Below, piece by piece: positions 8,537 through 18,662 of a stretch of DNA of 64,000 nt (positions are counted from its first letter, which is position 1; every line of letters starts with the position of its first letter). A program made the position numbers and the translations under genes. The stretch is from an uncultured Methanosarcinales archaeon (lineage in GTDB: Archaea; Nanobdellota; Nanobdellia; Woesearchaeales; CAYSVS01). The stretch is taken from assembly GCA_964589485.1 (NCBI GenBank), contig CAZPRK010000004.1, forward strand, positions 20,611 to 84,610, read 5' to 3'. The notes under the pieces were generated by a model. The model had not been told where the DNA came from, searched no databases, and saw only the letters and a program-made list of their open reading frames with translations.

Positions 8537-9804
8537 AAATTAAATTTTTTGGTGCAGCCAAGGAAGTTGGAAGAAGCTGTGTTGTTATTGAATCAAATAA
8601 TGAAAAATATATGCTAGATTGTGGCCTTAAATTTGGAAAGTATGGAAATGAATATCCTCTTAAATTTGATGTTACTAAAATAGATGCTACTTTTATTAGT
8701 CATGCTCATTTAGATCACACTGGGGCCTTGCCTTTATTTAATAGCCAAGGTTTAAATTGTCCTATTTTTACAACAGCAGAAACAAAAGAAATTACAAGAA
8801 TTCTGTTAAAAGATTCATTACATATTGAAATGTTAAATGGAACATATCCGCATTATGATGAAGAACATATTTATCATGTGTTGGGTGCAATGAGAAGAGT
8901 AAATTATAAAGAAACTTCTTCTTTTAGTAATATAGAATATACTTTTTATGATGCGGGACATATTCCAGGAAGTGCTTCAATATTATTAACAGTTGAAGGA
9001 AAAAATATTTTATACACTGGTGATATTCAAACTAATGAGAGTGAATTATTACCTCCTGCTGATACAAATTATGATAAAAAAGTTGATATTCTTATTTGTG
9101 AATCTACATATGGAATTAGAGAACATGTTCCTAGACAAAATGAAGAAAGTAAATTTATTAAAGAAATTGAGAATGCATTATTAGATGGAGGTTCAGCAAT
9201 TATTCCAGCTTTTGGAGTAGGAAGAGCACAAGAAATAATATTATTACTTGATAAATTAAACATTAAAGTTCCAATTTATTTAGACGGTATGGCTAAAAAG
9301 GTTACAAATTTATTTCTTCAAAAGCCACAATTTTTGAAAGATGCAAATCATTTAAAAAAAGTACTTAGAAAAATAAAATATGTTCAAGGAAAGCATATGA
9401 GAGAGAGGTTAATTAGAGAAAATAGTGTTATTATTTCAACTTCAGGAATGGTTACAGGTGGACCAGTGATGTTTTATTTGGATAAATTTAAGAACGATAA
9501 AAAAACTGTAATTTTACTTACTGGTTACCAAGCTGAGGGAACAAATGGACGTACATTACTTTCAAAAGGAATGGTTAAAATAGACGATAAACCTACAAAA
9601 ATTAAATGTAAAGTAAGACAATTTGATTTTTCTGCTCATTCTGGGCTAAAAGGTTTGAAAAATTTAATATTAAAAATTAATCCCAAAGTTCTTTTATTAA
9701 ATCATGGAGATCAAACTTCAGAAGATAATTTAGAAGGTTGGGCAAGGAATAAAAATTTTGAAGTACATAGTTTAGCTTTAGGTGAATGTTACGATGGGCA
9801 TTAG
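8533..9804 (+). CDS. metallo-beta-lactamase / beta-CASP ribonuclease (aCPSF2- or RNase J-like)
   Basis: 'SHAHLDHTGALP' MBL motif. 423 aa and no KH domains. Overlaps the ParA stop (ATGA). Confidence 0.75.
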   Translation: MKIKFFGAAKEVGRSCVVIESNNEKYMLDCGLKFGKYGNEYPLKFDVTKIDATFISHAHLDHTGALPLFNSQGLNCPIFTTAETKEITRILLKDSLHIEMLNGTYPHYDEEHIYHVLGAMRRVNYKETSSFSNIEYTFYDAGHIPGSASILLTVEGKNILYTGDIQTNESELLPPADTNYDKKVDILICESTYGIREHVPRQNEESKFIKEIENALLDGGSAIIPAFGVGRAQEIILLLDKLNIKVPIYLDGMAKKVTNLFLQKPQFLKDANHLKKVLRKIKYVQGKHMRERLIRENSVIISTSGMVTGGPVMFYLDKFKNDKKTVILLTGYQAEGTNGRTLLSKGMVKIDDKPTKIKCKVRQFDFSAHSGLKGLKNLILKINPKVLLLNHGDQTSEDNLEGWARNKNFEVHSLALGECYDGH

Positions 9805-10033
9805 CGAAGCAATTAATATATTTGAACAGAGGAAAGTAAGAATGAGTCAATTACTTTCACAAAATAGTTTTTCTCCAGAAAGGAGACATAGGATAGAAGG
9901 AGCTGTAGAAGAAATTGATGTTTTTATAAATACGTTAAGAAGTTTACAAATTCGTAATTCTGGACTTGATAATTTAATTCCAGAGGAAGAACCTTCATTT
10001 TTAGATAAGATTAGTTCTAGGTTTAAGGGTTGA
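9782..10033 (+). CDS. hypothetical small protein (83 aa)
   Basis: ORF coupled between neighbouring genes. Confidence 0.3.
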   Translation: MNVTMGISEAINIFEQRKVRMSQLLSQNSFSPERRHRIEGAVEEIDVFINTLRSLQIRNSGLDNLIPEEEPSFLDKISSRFKG

Positions 10034-10881
10034 TTATTTTGATGGGACATGATGTCATAAAAAAGCATGTTAAAAATAGATTAAATAAAGGTCATGATAT
10101 TGTAGATATAAAAAAAGATTTAGTATCAAAAGGTATTCCGGAAAGTCATGTACATAATGCAATCGATAACGCATACGGTGAAATAAAAAAATCGCAAAAA
10201 TTTCATAAAGAGACTCATAAATTATTTTATCCTTCTAAATCAAAAATTATTTTTCCATCACTTCTATTAGTTTTTTTATTAATTAACATATTTACTAATT
10301 TTACTATTATTCCAAATATTTCTAATAATTTATGTGATAGTGTTAATTTAATTAATGAATTAGATACTTTGATTAAAAATAAAGATTCTATCGAAAAAGT
10401 TAGTGAAGTTGAAAGTAAATTAATAAAAAAAGAATTATCTATAATTGATGATTTTAAGAAATATACAGTTTCTAATTTACCTTTGATTTTTTCTGAAATA
10501 TATTGGTTAAATCCATTTTATCCTACTTCATGTGAAGCAAGGGGTATGTTTAAAACTTATGCATGTAGGTATTACATTTCTCCGGAAAATTATAGATGTT
10601 TAAAAGATGATGTACAAAAAACTAAATTATCTACTTTTTTTAAGGGAAAAACTCCAGATTATAATAAAGTACAAAATTTAGAAATTATAGTTCATACTTT
10701 ATTTATTTTATTTGTAGCTTATATACTTAATTGTATGGTTGTTTTTGCTTATAAAAAGCATAGACATAATTACTCTTTAAAAACAATTGAATTATTTGAA
10801 TTTTCATTTGCATTAATAGCTATTTTGCTTCTTTCATTAGCTGTATATTTATATTTTAACATTGTAGGTGGAGTATTATGA
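10030..10881 (+). CDS. hypothetical membrane protein
   Basis: Several hydrophobic helices. Translationally coupled to the downstream ccdA. Confidence 0.4.
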   Translation: MIILMGHDVIKKHVKNRLNKGHDIVDIKKDLVSKGIPESHVHNAIDNAYGEIKKSQKFHKETHKLFYPSKSKIIFPSLLLVFLLINIFTNFTIIPNISNNLCDSVNLINELDTLIKNKDSIEKVSEVESKLIKKELSIIDDFKKYTVSNLPLIFSEIYWLNPFYPTSCEARGMFKTYACRYYISPENYRCLKDDVQKTKLSTFFKGKTPDYNKVQNLEIIVHTLFILFVAYILNCMVVFAYKKHRHNYSLKTIELFEFSFALIAILLLSLAVYLYFNIVGGVL

Positions 10882-11546
10882 TAAGTTTTTATGCGGCTTT
10901 TATTGCGGGTCTAATATCTTTTTTAAGTCCTTGTGTATTGCCTCTAGTTCCTGGTTTTTTAGCATATTTAGCAGGAAGTGAAACTAATTCTAGAACCAAA
11001 TATTTTTTGAATAGTGTTTTTTTTGTTTTAGGGTTTAGTGTAATTTTTGCAATTATTGGTGTATTGCTAAATGGAATATTCAAAAATATATCAATTACTG
11101 TACAAATGTGGCTAAATTGGATAGGTGGTATAATTATAATAATATTTGGATTGCATTTATTAGGTTTAATTAAAGTTTCATTTTTAGAAAAAGAACATAA
11201 AGTTAAAGTTAAATTAAAAAGATCTTATATTACTTCATTTTTATTTGGTGGGGCGTTTGCAGTAGGTTGGACTCCATGTGTTGGTGCCGTCTTGGGGAGC
11301 GTTTTAATTTTAGCTGCAACACAACCAGGGCAAAGTCTTGCATTGTTATTAACATATTCCTTAGGGTTAGGCCTTCCATTTTTGTTTGTCGGGTTATTTT
11401 CAGGTCAAGCAATTAATTTAATCAATAGATCTAAATCATTTTTGAAGTATTTTAATATTTTTGTTGGAATATTATTAATAATATTAGGAGTATTAGTTTT
11501 TACAAATAACTTAATACTTGTCGCAAACTTTGGATGGTTTTTATGA
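10878..11546 (+). CDS. ccdA: CcdA/DsbD-type thiol-disulfide electron transporter (cytochrome c biogenesis CcdA family)
   Basis: 'FLSPCVLPLVPGFLAYLAG' signature with a second Cys in 'WTPCVGAVLG'. Polytopic membrane protein. Confidence 0.8.
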   Translation: MISFYAAFIAGLISFLSPCVLPLVPGFLAYLAGSETNSRTKYFLNSVFFVLGFSVIFAIIGVLLNGIFKNISITVQMWLNWIGGIIIIIFGLHLLGLIKVSFLEKEHKVKVKLKRSYITSFLFGGAFAVGWTPCVGAVLGSVLILAATQPGQSLALLLTYSLGLGLPFLFVGLFSGQAINLINRSKSFLKYFNIFVGILLIILGVLVFTNNLILVANFGWFL

Positions 11547-12595
11547 TTAAAGTAAACAAACCTTTAGTGTTAATTGTTGTATTAATAATTATTCTAGGAT
11601 TTATTGCATATTTAACGCCACAAAGTCCACGTGAAATTGATATTCCTTCGGACGATTTAAGAATAACATTGAAACAAAATAAATATAAAAAAGCTTTTGA
11701 ATTATTAACACCAGATGGTTATATTAACACTAAAAATATTAACCTTACTTCAATTGTTGGTAAGAAAGTTATATTAATTGATTTTTGGACTTATAGTTGC
11801 ATTAATTGTCAAAGAACTTTTCCATACTTGAAAGATTGGCATTCTAAATATAAAGATCAAGGTTTACAAGTAGTAGGAATACATACTCCTGAATTTAAAT
11901 TTGAACGTGAATATGAAAATGTTGTAGATGCGGTAAAAAGATTTGGTTTAGAATATCCTGTCATTATGGACAATGGTTATCAAAATTGGAAAGCGTTCGG
12001 AAATAGATATTGGCCAAGAAAATATTTAATAGATATTGATGGGTTTATTGTATATGACGTTATAGGTGAAGGAAAGTATTTTGAAACAGAACAAAAAATA
12101 AAAGATTTACTTTTTGAAAGATCTAAAGTTTTGGAAATGAATGTAGAAATAGATAACACTATAACTAGAACAGATAGTGTTAAACCAAATTTAATTACAA
12201 CTCCTGAAGTATACTTTGGTTCATATTTCGCAAGAGGAAATACCTTTGGTAATATTGAAGGGTTACATGAAGGAAAGATTATAGATTATTCTTTACCTAA
12301 AATTGAAAAAGATAAAGCTTATGTTTCTGGCACATGGTATAATGATCGTGATTACTTACAATTAGCTTCAGATACTGGAAAGGTTGTATTAAATTTTAAT
12401 GCAAAAAATGTAAATGTTGTTGCAGAAGGGAACTCCACAGGTGATTTGTATTTAGATGGGGAATTCATAAGTAATGTTGAATTTAATGAACCTAAATTAT
12501 ATGAATTAATTATGATAGAAAATTCAGGAAATCATATTCTTGAAATTAAAGTAAAAGGCCCAGGATTTAGAATATATAGTTTTACGTTTGGTTAG
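11534..12595 (+). CDS. membrane-anchored thioredoxin-fold protein (TlpA/ResA-like) with C-terminal extra domain
   Basis: N-terminal TM segment. 'FWTYSCINCQRTFP' CxxC active site in a thioredoxin-like context. Overlaps the ccdA stop. Confidence 0.7.
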   Translation: MVFMIKVNKPLVLIVVLIIILGFIAYLTPQSPREIDIPSDDLRITLKQNKYKKAFELLTPDGYINTKNINLTSIVGKKVILIDFWTYSCINCQRTFPYLKDWHSKYKDQGLQVVGIHTPEFKFEREYENVVDAVKRFGLEYPVIMDNGYQNWKAFGNRYWPRKYLIDIDGFIVYDVIGEGKYFETEQKIKDLLFERSKVLEMNVEIDNTITRTDSVKPNLITTPEVYFGSYFARGNTFGNIEGLHEGKIIDYSLPKIEKDKAYVSGTWYNDRDYLQLASDTGKVVLNFNAKNVNVVAEGNSTGDLYLDGEFISNVEFNEPKLYELIMIENSGNHILEIKVKGPGFRIYSFTFG

Positions 12596-12625
12596 GTTTA
12601 TAAGTTTTCTTTCTAGTTTAACTTT

Positions 12626-13168
12626 ATGGATAGATATGAAGAAGAGTTAAATGAAAAAGGATTTGTTATAGTTGAAGGTGTTGATGTAACTCTATTAGAA
12701 AGATTATATCATAGATTAGAAGTAGATTTAACTAGGGAAATGGCAATTAGTCATTTAGGAAAAATAGAAGGTAGATTTGTAGAAGGTACTTTTTTTTTGT
12801 CTTTACAGGTTTATGATAGTCATAAAAAAAATGATTATTACCCTGAACTTTTTGATTCAATATTTTTATTTAAAGATTCTTTAAATTTAATGCCTTTATA
12901 CCAAGGTATAAAAATTATGCAATTTCGTAGATATTTTGAAACTGATAATTCAGATTTGGTACTTATTCATCAAGATAAGGATCAGCATTTTATTGCTTTT
13001 AAACCTATTGGAGAATCGTTAGAGTTATTAGTTGATGAAAAAATTCAACCTATTAATCTTAAACAAGATCAAGCACTTCATTATGATGGTAGTATACCCC
13101 ATGGTGTGAGAAATTTAAATCCTAACAAAGAAAGATATTCTATTACTTTCAGTATGATGAGAAGTTAA
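12626..13168 (+). CDS. putative Fe(II)/2-oxoglutarate-dependent oxygenase-fold protein
   Basis: 'IHQDKDQH' (HxD) with distal 'HYDGSIPHGVRNL...RYSITF' (His and Arg) spaced as in the double-stranded beta-helix (DSBH) fold. Weak call. Confidence 0.35.
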   Translation: MDRYEEELNEKGFVIVEGVDVTLLERLYHRLEVDLTREMAISHLGKIEGRFVEGTFFLSLQVYDSHKKNDYYPELFDSIFLFKDSLNLMPLYQGIKIMQFRRYFETDNSDLVLIHQDKDQHFIAFKPIGESLELLVDEKIQPINLKQDQALHYDGSIPHGVRNLNPNKERYSITFSMMRS

Positions 13169-13199
13169 TTTTATAAACATTTAGCTAGTCTTTCCCATA

Positions 13200-14858
13200 A
13201 TGAAAGAGTATATTCAAGAATTAGTAAACACAATAATAGAACAAAATTTAGATAAAGATCAAATTGCTAAATTGAAGCTTAAACTTTGTATTAAACATAA
13301 AATAAAGAAAGCTCCAACTGATATTGAAGTATTGCTTAATGTGAATGAAACTTTACTTCCAAAACTTAAAATATTACAATCTAAACCAACTAGAAGTATT
13401 TCTGGAGTAAGCCCAATTGCAGTAATGACTGAACCAAGCAATTGTCCTCATGGAAAATGTATATTTTGTCCTGGTGGTTTAGATAGTTTTTATGGAGATG
13501 TTCCTCAAAGTTATACCGGGAAAGAACCTGCAACAATGAGAGGGATCAGGAATGATTATAATTCTTATTTACAATCTTTTAATAGGTTACAACAATATGC
13601 ATTATTGGGACATAATTTTGATAAAATAGAATTAATTATAATGGGTGGGACATTTCCAGCAACTCCTAAAGAATACCAAGATTCATTTATTTTAGGTTGT
13701 TTCCAGGCAATGAATGACTTTAGTGATTTATTTTTTGATGATTCTGTTTTTAACATTAAAAAATTCAAAGAATTTTTTGAACTTCCATCCGATATAAATG
13801 ATAAAGAAAGAGAAAAAAGATTAAAAACTAAAATACTTTCTCAAAGAAAAGATTCAGATTTAGTAAGTGAACAAAATAAAAATGAGACTTCTAATATTAG
13901 ATGTATTGCATTATGTATTGAAACTAAACCAGATTGGGCAATGGAAGAACATATAGAACAAATGTTAAAATTAGGTTGTACTAGAGTTGAATTGGGTGTT
14001 CAAAGTACATATGAAGAAGACTTAAAAAAACTAAATAGGGGACATACTGTAGAAGAATCAATAAAATCTATAGAATTGATGAAAAAAGCTTTACTTAAAG
14101 TAGGGTTTCATATGATGCCTGGTTTGCCAAAAAGTACAAAAGAAAAAGATGTTCAAATGTTTAAAGAAATATTTGAGAATCCTGTATATAAACCTGATGC
14201 ATTGAAAATTTATCCGTGTATGGTTATGCCCGGAACTCCTTTATTTAATATATATGAGGCAGGAAAATTTACTCCTATTTCAACAAAGGAAGCAGCAGAA
14301 TTAATTGCAGAAATTAAACCGTTTGTTCCAAAATATTGTAGAATAATGAGAGTTCAAAGAGACATTCCTACATTCCAAACATCTGCAGGGGTAGATAAAA
14401 CTAATCTTAGACAATATGTTGCAGATGTAGTTAAAAAAAATAAAATAATTTGTAACTGTATTAGATGTAGAGAACCAAGAAAAAGAAAAATTAATTGGGA
14501 TAATGTTAAAACAAATGTAATGGAATTTGAAGCAAGTAAAGGAAAAGAATATTTTATTAGTTTTGATGATAATGATATTTTATTAGGTTATTGTAGATTA
14601 AGAATAGATGATAATGTTGCCGGTATAAGAGAATTACATGTTTTTGGAGAAGCTGTAGCTATCGGAGAACAAGGAAATGTTCAACATAAGGGCTTAGGTA
14701 AACAATTATTATTAGAAGCAGAAAAAATATCTGTAGATAATAATTGTATTAAAATAAAAATCATTTCTGGAATAGGTGTAAGAGAATATTATAGAAAATT
14801 AGAGTATGAATTAGAAGGATATTATATGGTTAAAAATCTTTTTAAGCAAGGAATATAA
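13200..14858 (+). CDS. elp3: Elp3-family tRNA uridine-34 modification enzyme (radical SAM + GNAT)
   Basis: 'CPHGKCIFCPGG' (CX4CX2C as in archaeal Elp3). C-terminal GNAT-like acetyltransferase region. 552 aa. Confidence 0.9.
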   Translation: MKEYIQELVNTIIEQNLDKDQIAKLKLKLCIKHKIKKAPTDIEVLLNVNETLLPKLKILQSKPTRSISGVSPIAVMTEPSNCPHGKCIFCPGGLDSFYGDVPQSYTGKEPATMRGIRNDYNSYLQSFNRLQQYALLGHNFDKIELIIMGGTFPATPKEYQDSFILGCFQAMNDFSDLFFDDSVFNIKKFKEFFELPSDINDKEREKRLKTKILSQRKDSDLVSEQNKNETSNIRCIALCIETKPDWAMEEHIEQMLKLGCTRVELGVQSTYEEDLKKLNRGHTVEESIKSIELMKKALLKVGFHMMPGLPKSTKEKDVQMFKEIFENPVYKPDALKIYPCMVMPGTPLFNIYEAGKFTPISTKEAAELIAEIKPFVPKYCRIMRVQRDIPTFQTSAGVDKTNLRQYVADVVKKNKIICNCIRCREPRKRKINWDNVKTNVMEFEASKGKEYFISFDDNDILLGYCRLRIDDNVAGIRELHVFGEAVAIGEQGNVQHKGLGKQLLLEAEKISVDNNCIKIKIISGIGVREYYRKLEYELEGYYMVKNLFKQGI

Positions 14859-15772
14859 ATTTCTTTTTTTCCATCATTATAGTTAATGCTAAAATATTCT
14901 AAGTCAACTTCAGCATATGCTATTAATGTAGCTTCGACATTTAAATCTCTTCTTTCAAGTTGATTAATTTGAATATCAAATTCTTTTTTGATAGTTTCTC
15001 TTTTAGTTAAGTTTTTCTTAATCAGTTCTGTATGTTTCCTTTTTAATTCTTTAACTTTATAATTCCATTTATCTTTAGTTGAAAATTGAGATGCTAATAA
15101 TGCATTATCTCTTGCTTCTTGAATTTTATTTAGAATTACATTTTCTTTATTTTGTAATTCATTGTATAAATCCTCTGAATGTTGAGTTTGTATGTTTATT
15201 AATTCTTTCATATCTTTTTCATGTATTTTATCCGCTTCATCGAATTCTTTTACAAAATCTATTTTAATTTGATTTAAAGCAGGTTCTAAGTTTTTAACAA
15301 TATTTTTTTCATTGGTGGCTTCAAAATTACCTTCTTCAAAACCATTTATTTGTAAAGCTTTATTTTTTATAATTAGATATTGTGTTACAATTTTTTTCTT
15401 TTGGTTAGCAGTTGAAATATTTACATCAAACATAACAAATGAAGCCATATCTTTTTTTTCATCTATAGTAACTCCAGTTTTTGGTAATTTTTCATTAAGT
15501 TCCATTAAATCATCATTATTCTTAGGTAATTTTAGTTTAGCAATAACAAAATCTGAATTCCTACTAACCATTGAATCAAAAATATACTTTCCTGGTTCTA
15601 ATAATAATATTTTATCTGTTGCTTTATTTGGAATAAATGTACACATTAAAGTCTTTATATCATACCATTTTTGATGTTGTTTATCAAATTCAATTTTATA
15701 TACGCCGTTTTTTACTTTATACTCTAAATTATACTCCTTTAAGTAGGCTATTAAAAATCTCTCACTTATCAT
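14822..15772 (-). CDS. coiled-coil protein, hypothetical (last gene of the histone/SNF2 block)
   Basis: The track ORF extends to 15883, but that extension overlaps the SNF2 gene by 120 nt. The likely start is 'MISERFL' at 15772. The C-terminal half is heptad-rich. Confidence 0.45.
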   Translation of the reverse strand: MISERFLIAYLKEYNLEYKVKNGVYKIEFDKQHQKWYDIKTLMCTFIPNKATDKILLLEPGKYIFDSMVSRNSDFVIAKLKLPKNNDDLMELNEKLPKTGVTIDEKKDMASFVMFDVNISTANQKKKIVTQYLIIKNKALQINGFEEGNFEATNEKNIVKNLEPALNQIKIDFVKEFDEADKIHEKDMKELINIQTQHSEDLYNELQNKENVILNKIQEARDNALLASQFSTKDKWNYKVKELKRKHTELIKKNLTKRETIKKEFDIQINQLERRDLNVEATLIAYAEVDLEYFSINYNDGKKEIYIPCLKRFLTI

Positions 15773-17504
15773 CGAAAATTCTCCTATCCAATTCTTTAAC
15801 TTTATCTGATTCAGTTTTGGCTTGTTCAAAATCATCAACAATTTCACTATCATCAAAAAATGAATCAAACACATTTTGTTCAACGCTTCCTTTTGATTTC
15901 AAATGACTTAAAATTAAATCCATTTCGCCTATAGATACTTCAAATAAATTTATTTTTTTGTAAAGTTTATCTAATATATAAGACTCAATTGTATTTTTTA
16001 TTGATATATTATGTATTTGAACATCATTTTTTTGTCCAATTCTATGAACTCTTCCAATTCTTTGTTCAATCCTCATAGGATTCCATGGCAAGTCATAATT
16101 AATTAGTATATGAGCAAATTGTAAATTTCTACCTTCTGATCCTGCATCAGTGCAAATAAGAACTTGTTTATCTTCTCTAAATTTGTTAATTGCAATTTCC
16201 TTTTCTTCAGGTGTCATTGTCCCGTTAAAATTAATACAAGAAATACCATTCATAGCTAATTCAACTTGAAGTTGTTTTTGAGTTTTAATAAAAGTTGTAA
16301 AAATTATAACTTTTTCTTTCTCTTTTTTTAGAAGTTTCATTAAACATTCTAATTTAGTATCTTTAGATATTCTTTTAGCACTTTCGATTAAAGCTTCTAT
16401 TTGAATTTTTTGTTTTTCATCTTCTAAAGTTTCTTTATACCTATTCATTGCAGAAATTCCAGTTTGTATTGAAGATGTGATTTGCCTTGTTAACATAATT
16501 AAACTAAATGTTAATAATCCTTTTTGTCTATATTTTATAGCCATTTCTGCAAGTTCTTGTTCGGTTAAGTTACCTGAATTTTCTACATCTTCATTTACTT
16601 CAGGTTTTTCTAAATTTTTAATTTCAAAATATTGTTTTTTAATAAAAGAAATAGCTTCATTATAAAATTTCATTTCTTCATCTGAAAAATCAAGAATGTG
16701 TGTATCAACATTTCTTTTTGCAAATTTAATTCCTGTGTCACTTCTTAAATTTCTAATCATAATATTAGATAACTTTGTTTGTAAAATTTCGTTATTTTTA
16801 ATTTTAAGGCCTTGTTCATCTTCAATATATTGTTCAGTAAATTTAGCTTTACTTCCTAGAAAACCAGGATGTAAAAGATCTATCAATGTCCATAATTCAA
16901 ATATATTGTTTTGTAATGGAGTTGCAGTTAACATTAAGAACCTATCTTTATGTAAATTTTTAACAAGTTTATAATTTTGAGTATTTTGATTTTTTAGTTT
17001 ATGAGCTTCATCAACTATAACTAAGTCCCAAGTCATTTTTTTTAATTCATCTAAATGTTTTTGAGTTTTAGCTGTATCTATTGATGCAATATTTAAATTA
17101 TTTTGAACATATTCATTTGCATTTTGAATAACATGAAAAGATTCATCAAATTTAGACCTTAATTCTTCTTGCCACTGAAATTTTAAAGTTGCAGGAACTA
17201 AAATTAATATTTTTTTTGCTAATTTTCTAGCTAAATATTCTTTTATTATAATACCTGCTTCAATAGTTTTTCCTAATCCTACTTCATCTGCCAATAATGC
17301 TCTATGTGAAAAATTATTTAATACATGTAATGCAGTTTTAGTTTGATGTTTAAGGATTTCAATCTTATGTTCATAACTACTTTGACCAAGTAATCTATCT
17401 ACTTGATCGTTTGCTTTCAATGAATGTGCAATAATGCTCATCTTGAATTTTTCCGGGCTGCATAGAGCTGTCCCTTCTGGTACTTTCTGTAAATTAATCT
17501 TCAT
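15762..17504 (-). CDS. SNF2/Swi2-family helicase-like ATPase (minimal, core only)
   Basis: Motif I 'LADEVGLGKTIEAG', 'DEAHKLKN', 'LTATPLQNN' and helicase-C 'QRIGRVHRIGQ'. 580 aa with no accessory N-terminal domains. Confidence 0.85.
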   Translation of the reverse strand: MKINLQKVPEGTALCSPEKFKMSIIAHSLKANDQVDRLLGQSSYEHKIEILKHQTKTALHVLNNFSHRALLADEVGLGKTIEAGIIIKEYLARKLAKKILILVPATLKFQWQEELRSKFDESFHVIQNANEYVQNNLNIASIDTAKTQKHLDELKKMTWDLVIVDEAHKLKNQNTQNYKLVKNLHKDRFLMLTATPLQNNIFELWTLIDLLHPGFLGSKAKFTEQYIEDEQGLKIKNNEILQTKLSNIMIRNLRSDTGIKFAKRNVDTHILDFSDEEMKFYNEAISFIKKQYFEIKNLEKPEVNEDVENSGNLTEQELAEMAIKYRQKGLLTFSLIMLTRQITSSIQTGISAMNRYKETLEDEKQKIQIEALIESAKRISKDTKLECLMKLLKKEKEKVIIFTTFIKTQKQLQVELAMNGISCINFNGTMTPEEKEIAINKFREDKQVLICTDAGSEGRNLQFAHILINYDLPWNPMRIEQRIGRVHRIGQKNDVQIHNISIKNTIESYILDKLYKKINLFEVSIGEMDLILSHLKSKGSVEQNVFDSFFDDSEIVDDFEQAKTESDKVKELDRRIFDDK

Positions 17505-17533
17505 CTTAGAAATTATTTGTTACTAAGTTATGT

Positions 17534-18316
17534 TTATTTATAAATCTTCTTAATAACATAATATAATTCTTCACCTAATTCAAACATTTCGAAAACATAC
17601 CCTGTTCTTAAAATAACTTTTTCAAACCAATTTCTTCTTTTTAACTTCATTATTTTCTTTCCAGAAATACTTTTTAATGGAAAACTTACAATAATACATT
17701 TAGCATTAATGTTTTTAATTATTTCATAACTAATATTTTTTTTTATTGACTCCAAGCTATCTAATACTTTAAACAAAAAACAAATATCTACTTTATATTT
17801 TTTTAACTTTTCATAATCTTCCAATAAATTTAATTTTATTGCCTTTCCTTTAATTAAAAATGATTTAAAAAATTTATTTAAAAAATCCATTTCGTTTTGA
17901 TTAAAATCAGATACAATATATTTTGGTTTAATTTTCATATACTTATAACTAATTGGGTTTAATCCACAACCTAAATCTAAAATTGATTTAGGTTTAATAT
18001 AAGAAAATATTTTTTTATACAAGTTAGGGTAATGTATAAGTCTCTCTTTAGTTGACAAATGCGTTTTTAATAAAGTATCAATTTCTTTTTTTTCAAGCAA
18101 TTCTTCTCTTTTTTTAATATTCTTAGCTTGAAACATTCCATATACTTCATGAGATTTTTCTCTTACATATTTAATTAATAGTTTAACATCTTTATTTTTT
18201 TCTAAATTTAATTTAGGGTTAAGTTTAATATATTTTTCAATATATTTCAAAACATATTCATCATCAAGGTACATTAATTCCTTTTTCTTTTTTATTATAT
18301 CAATTAGTTTTTGCAT
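17534..18316 (-). CDS. class I SAM-dependent methyltransferase (substrate unknown)
   Basis: Motif I 'ILDLGCGLNP'. No (D/N)PPY motif, so probably not a DNA amino-MTase. Confidence 0.55.
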   Translation of the reverse strand: MQKLIDIIKKKKELMYLDDEYVLKYIEKYIKLNPKLNLEKNKDVKLLIKYVREKSHEVYGMFQAKNIKKREELLEKKEIDTLLKTHLSTKERLIHYPNLYKKIFSYIKPKSILDLGCGLNPISYKYMKIKPKYIVSDFNQNEMDFLNKFFKSFLIKGKAIKLNLLEDYEKLKKYKVDICFLFKVLDSLESIKKNISYEIIKNINAKCIIVSFPLKSISGKKIMKLKRRNWFEKVILRTGYVFEMFELGEELYYVIKKIYK

Positions 18317-18662
18317 CTTTTAATAGAAATTGGTTTCCATCAATATCTTCAAATGTAGCGAACTTTCCCCATGGCATTTGTTTTGGTTCTTCAATGAATT
18401 TAACTCCTTTTTGTTTATAATATTCGTACTTTTTGTCAACATTACATTGAAAAATGATACTAGCTTTTCTTTCAGAGTAATCTTCCATTAATTCTTTTGG
18501 ATAAAGTACTAATCTAGTTTGTGCATTTTTTGGAGCAACTTCTATCCAGAAATGTTTGTTAGTCATTGGTTTTTTTTCTATTAATTCAAAACCAAGATTA
18601 AGCCAAAATTGTAAAGATCTTTCTTGATCATCTACATATATTGTTACAGTTGCTATATTCAT
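18300..18662 (-). CDS. glyoxalase/bleomycin-resistance/VOC-family protein
   Basis: 120 aa, VOC-like 'TIYVDDQERSLQFW' beta-alpha-beta module. Overlaps both neighbours. Confidence 0.6.
   Translation of the reverse strand: MNIATVTIYVDDQERSLQFWLNLGFELIEKKPMTNKHFWIEVAPKNAQTRLVLYPKELMEDYSERKASIIFQCNVDKKYEYYKQKGVKFIEEPKQMPWGKFATFEDIDGNQFLLKDAKTN

Noticed and set aside
15773-15883. 5' extension of the coiled-coil gene overlapping the SNF2 3' end by 120 nt
   Set aside because: The extension is hydrophobic and low-complexity with no RBS. The internal Met at 15772 gives a compact junction typical of this genome.
17534-18316. The methyltransferase next to the SNF2 helicase as the MTase of a DISARM/R-M-type defence system
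   Set aside because: No (D/N)PPY or other DNA amino-MTase catalytic motif. Only a generic class I SAM-binding motif I. It is more likely an RNA or small-molecule MTase. The possibility is retained only as an alternative in the histone/SNF2 finding.
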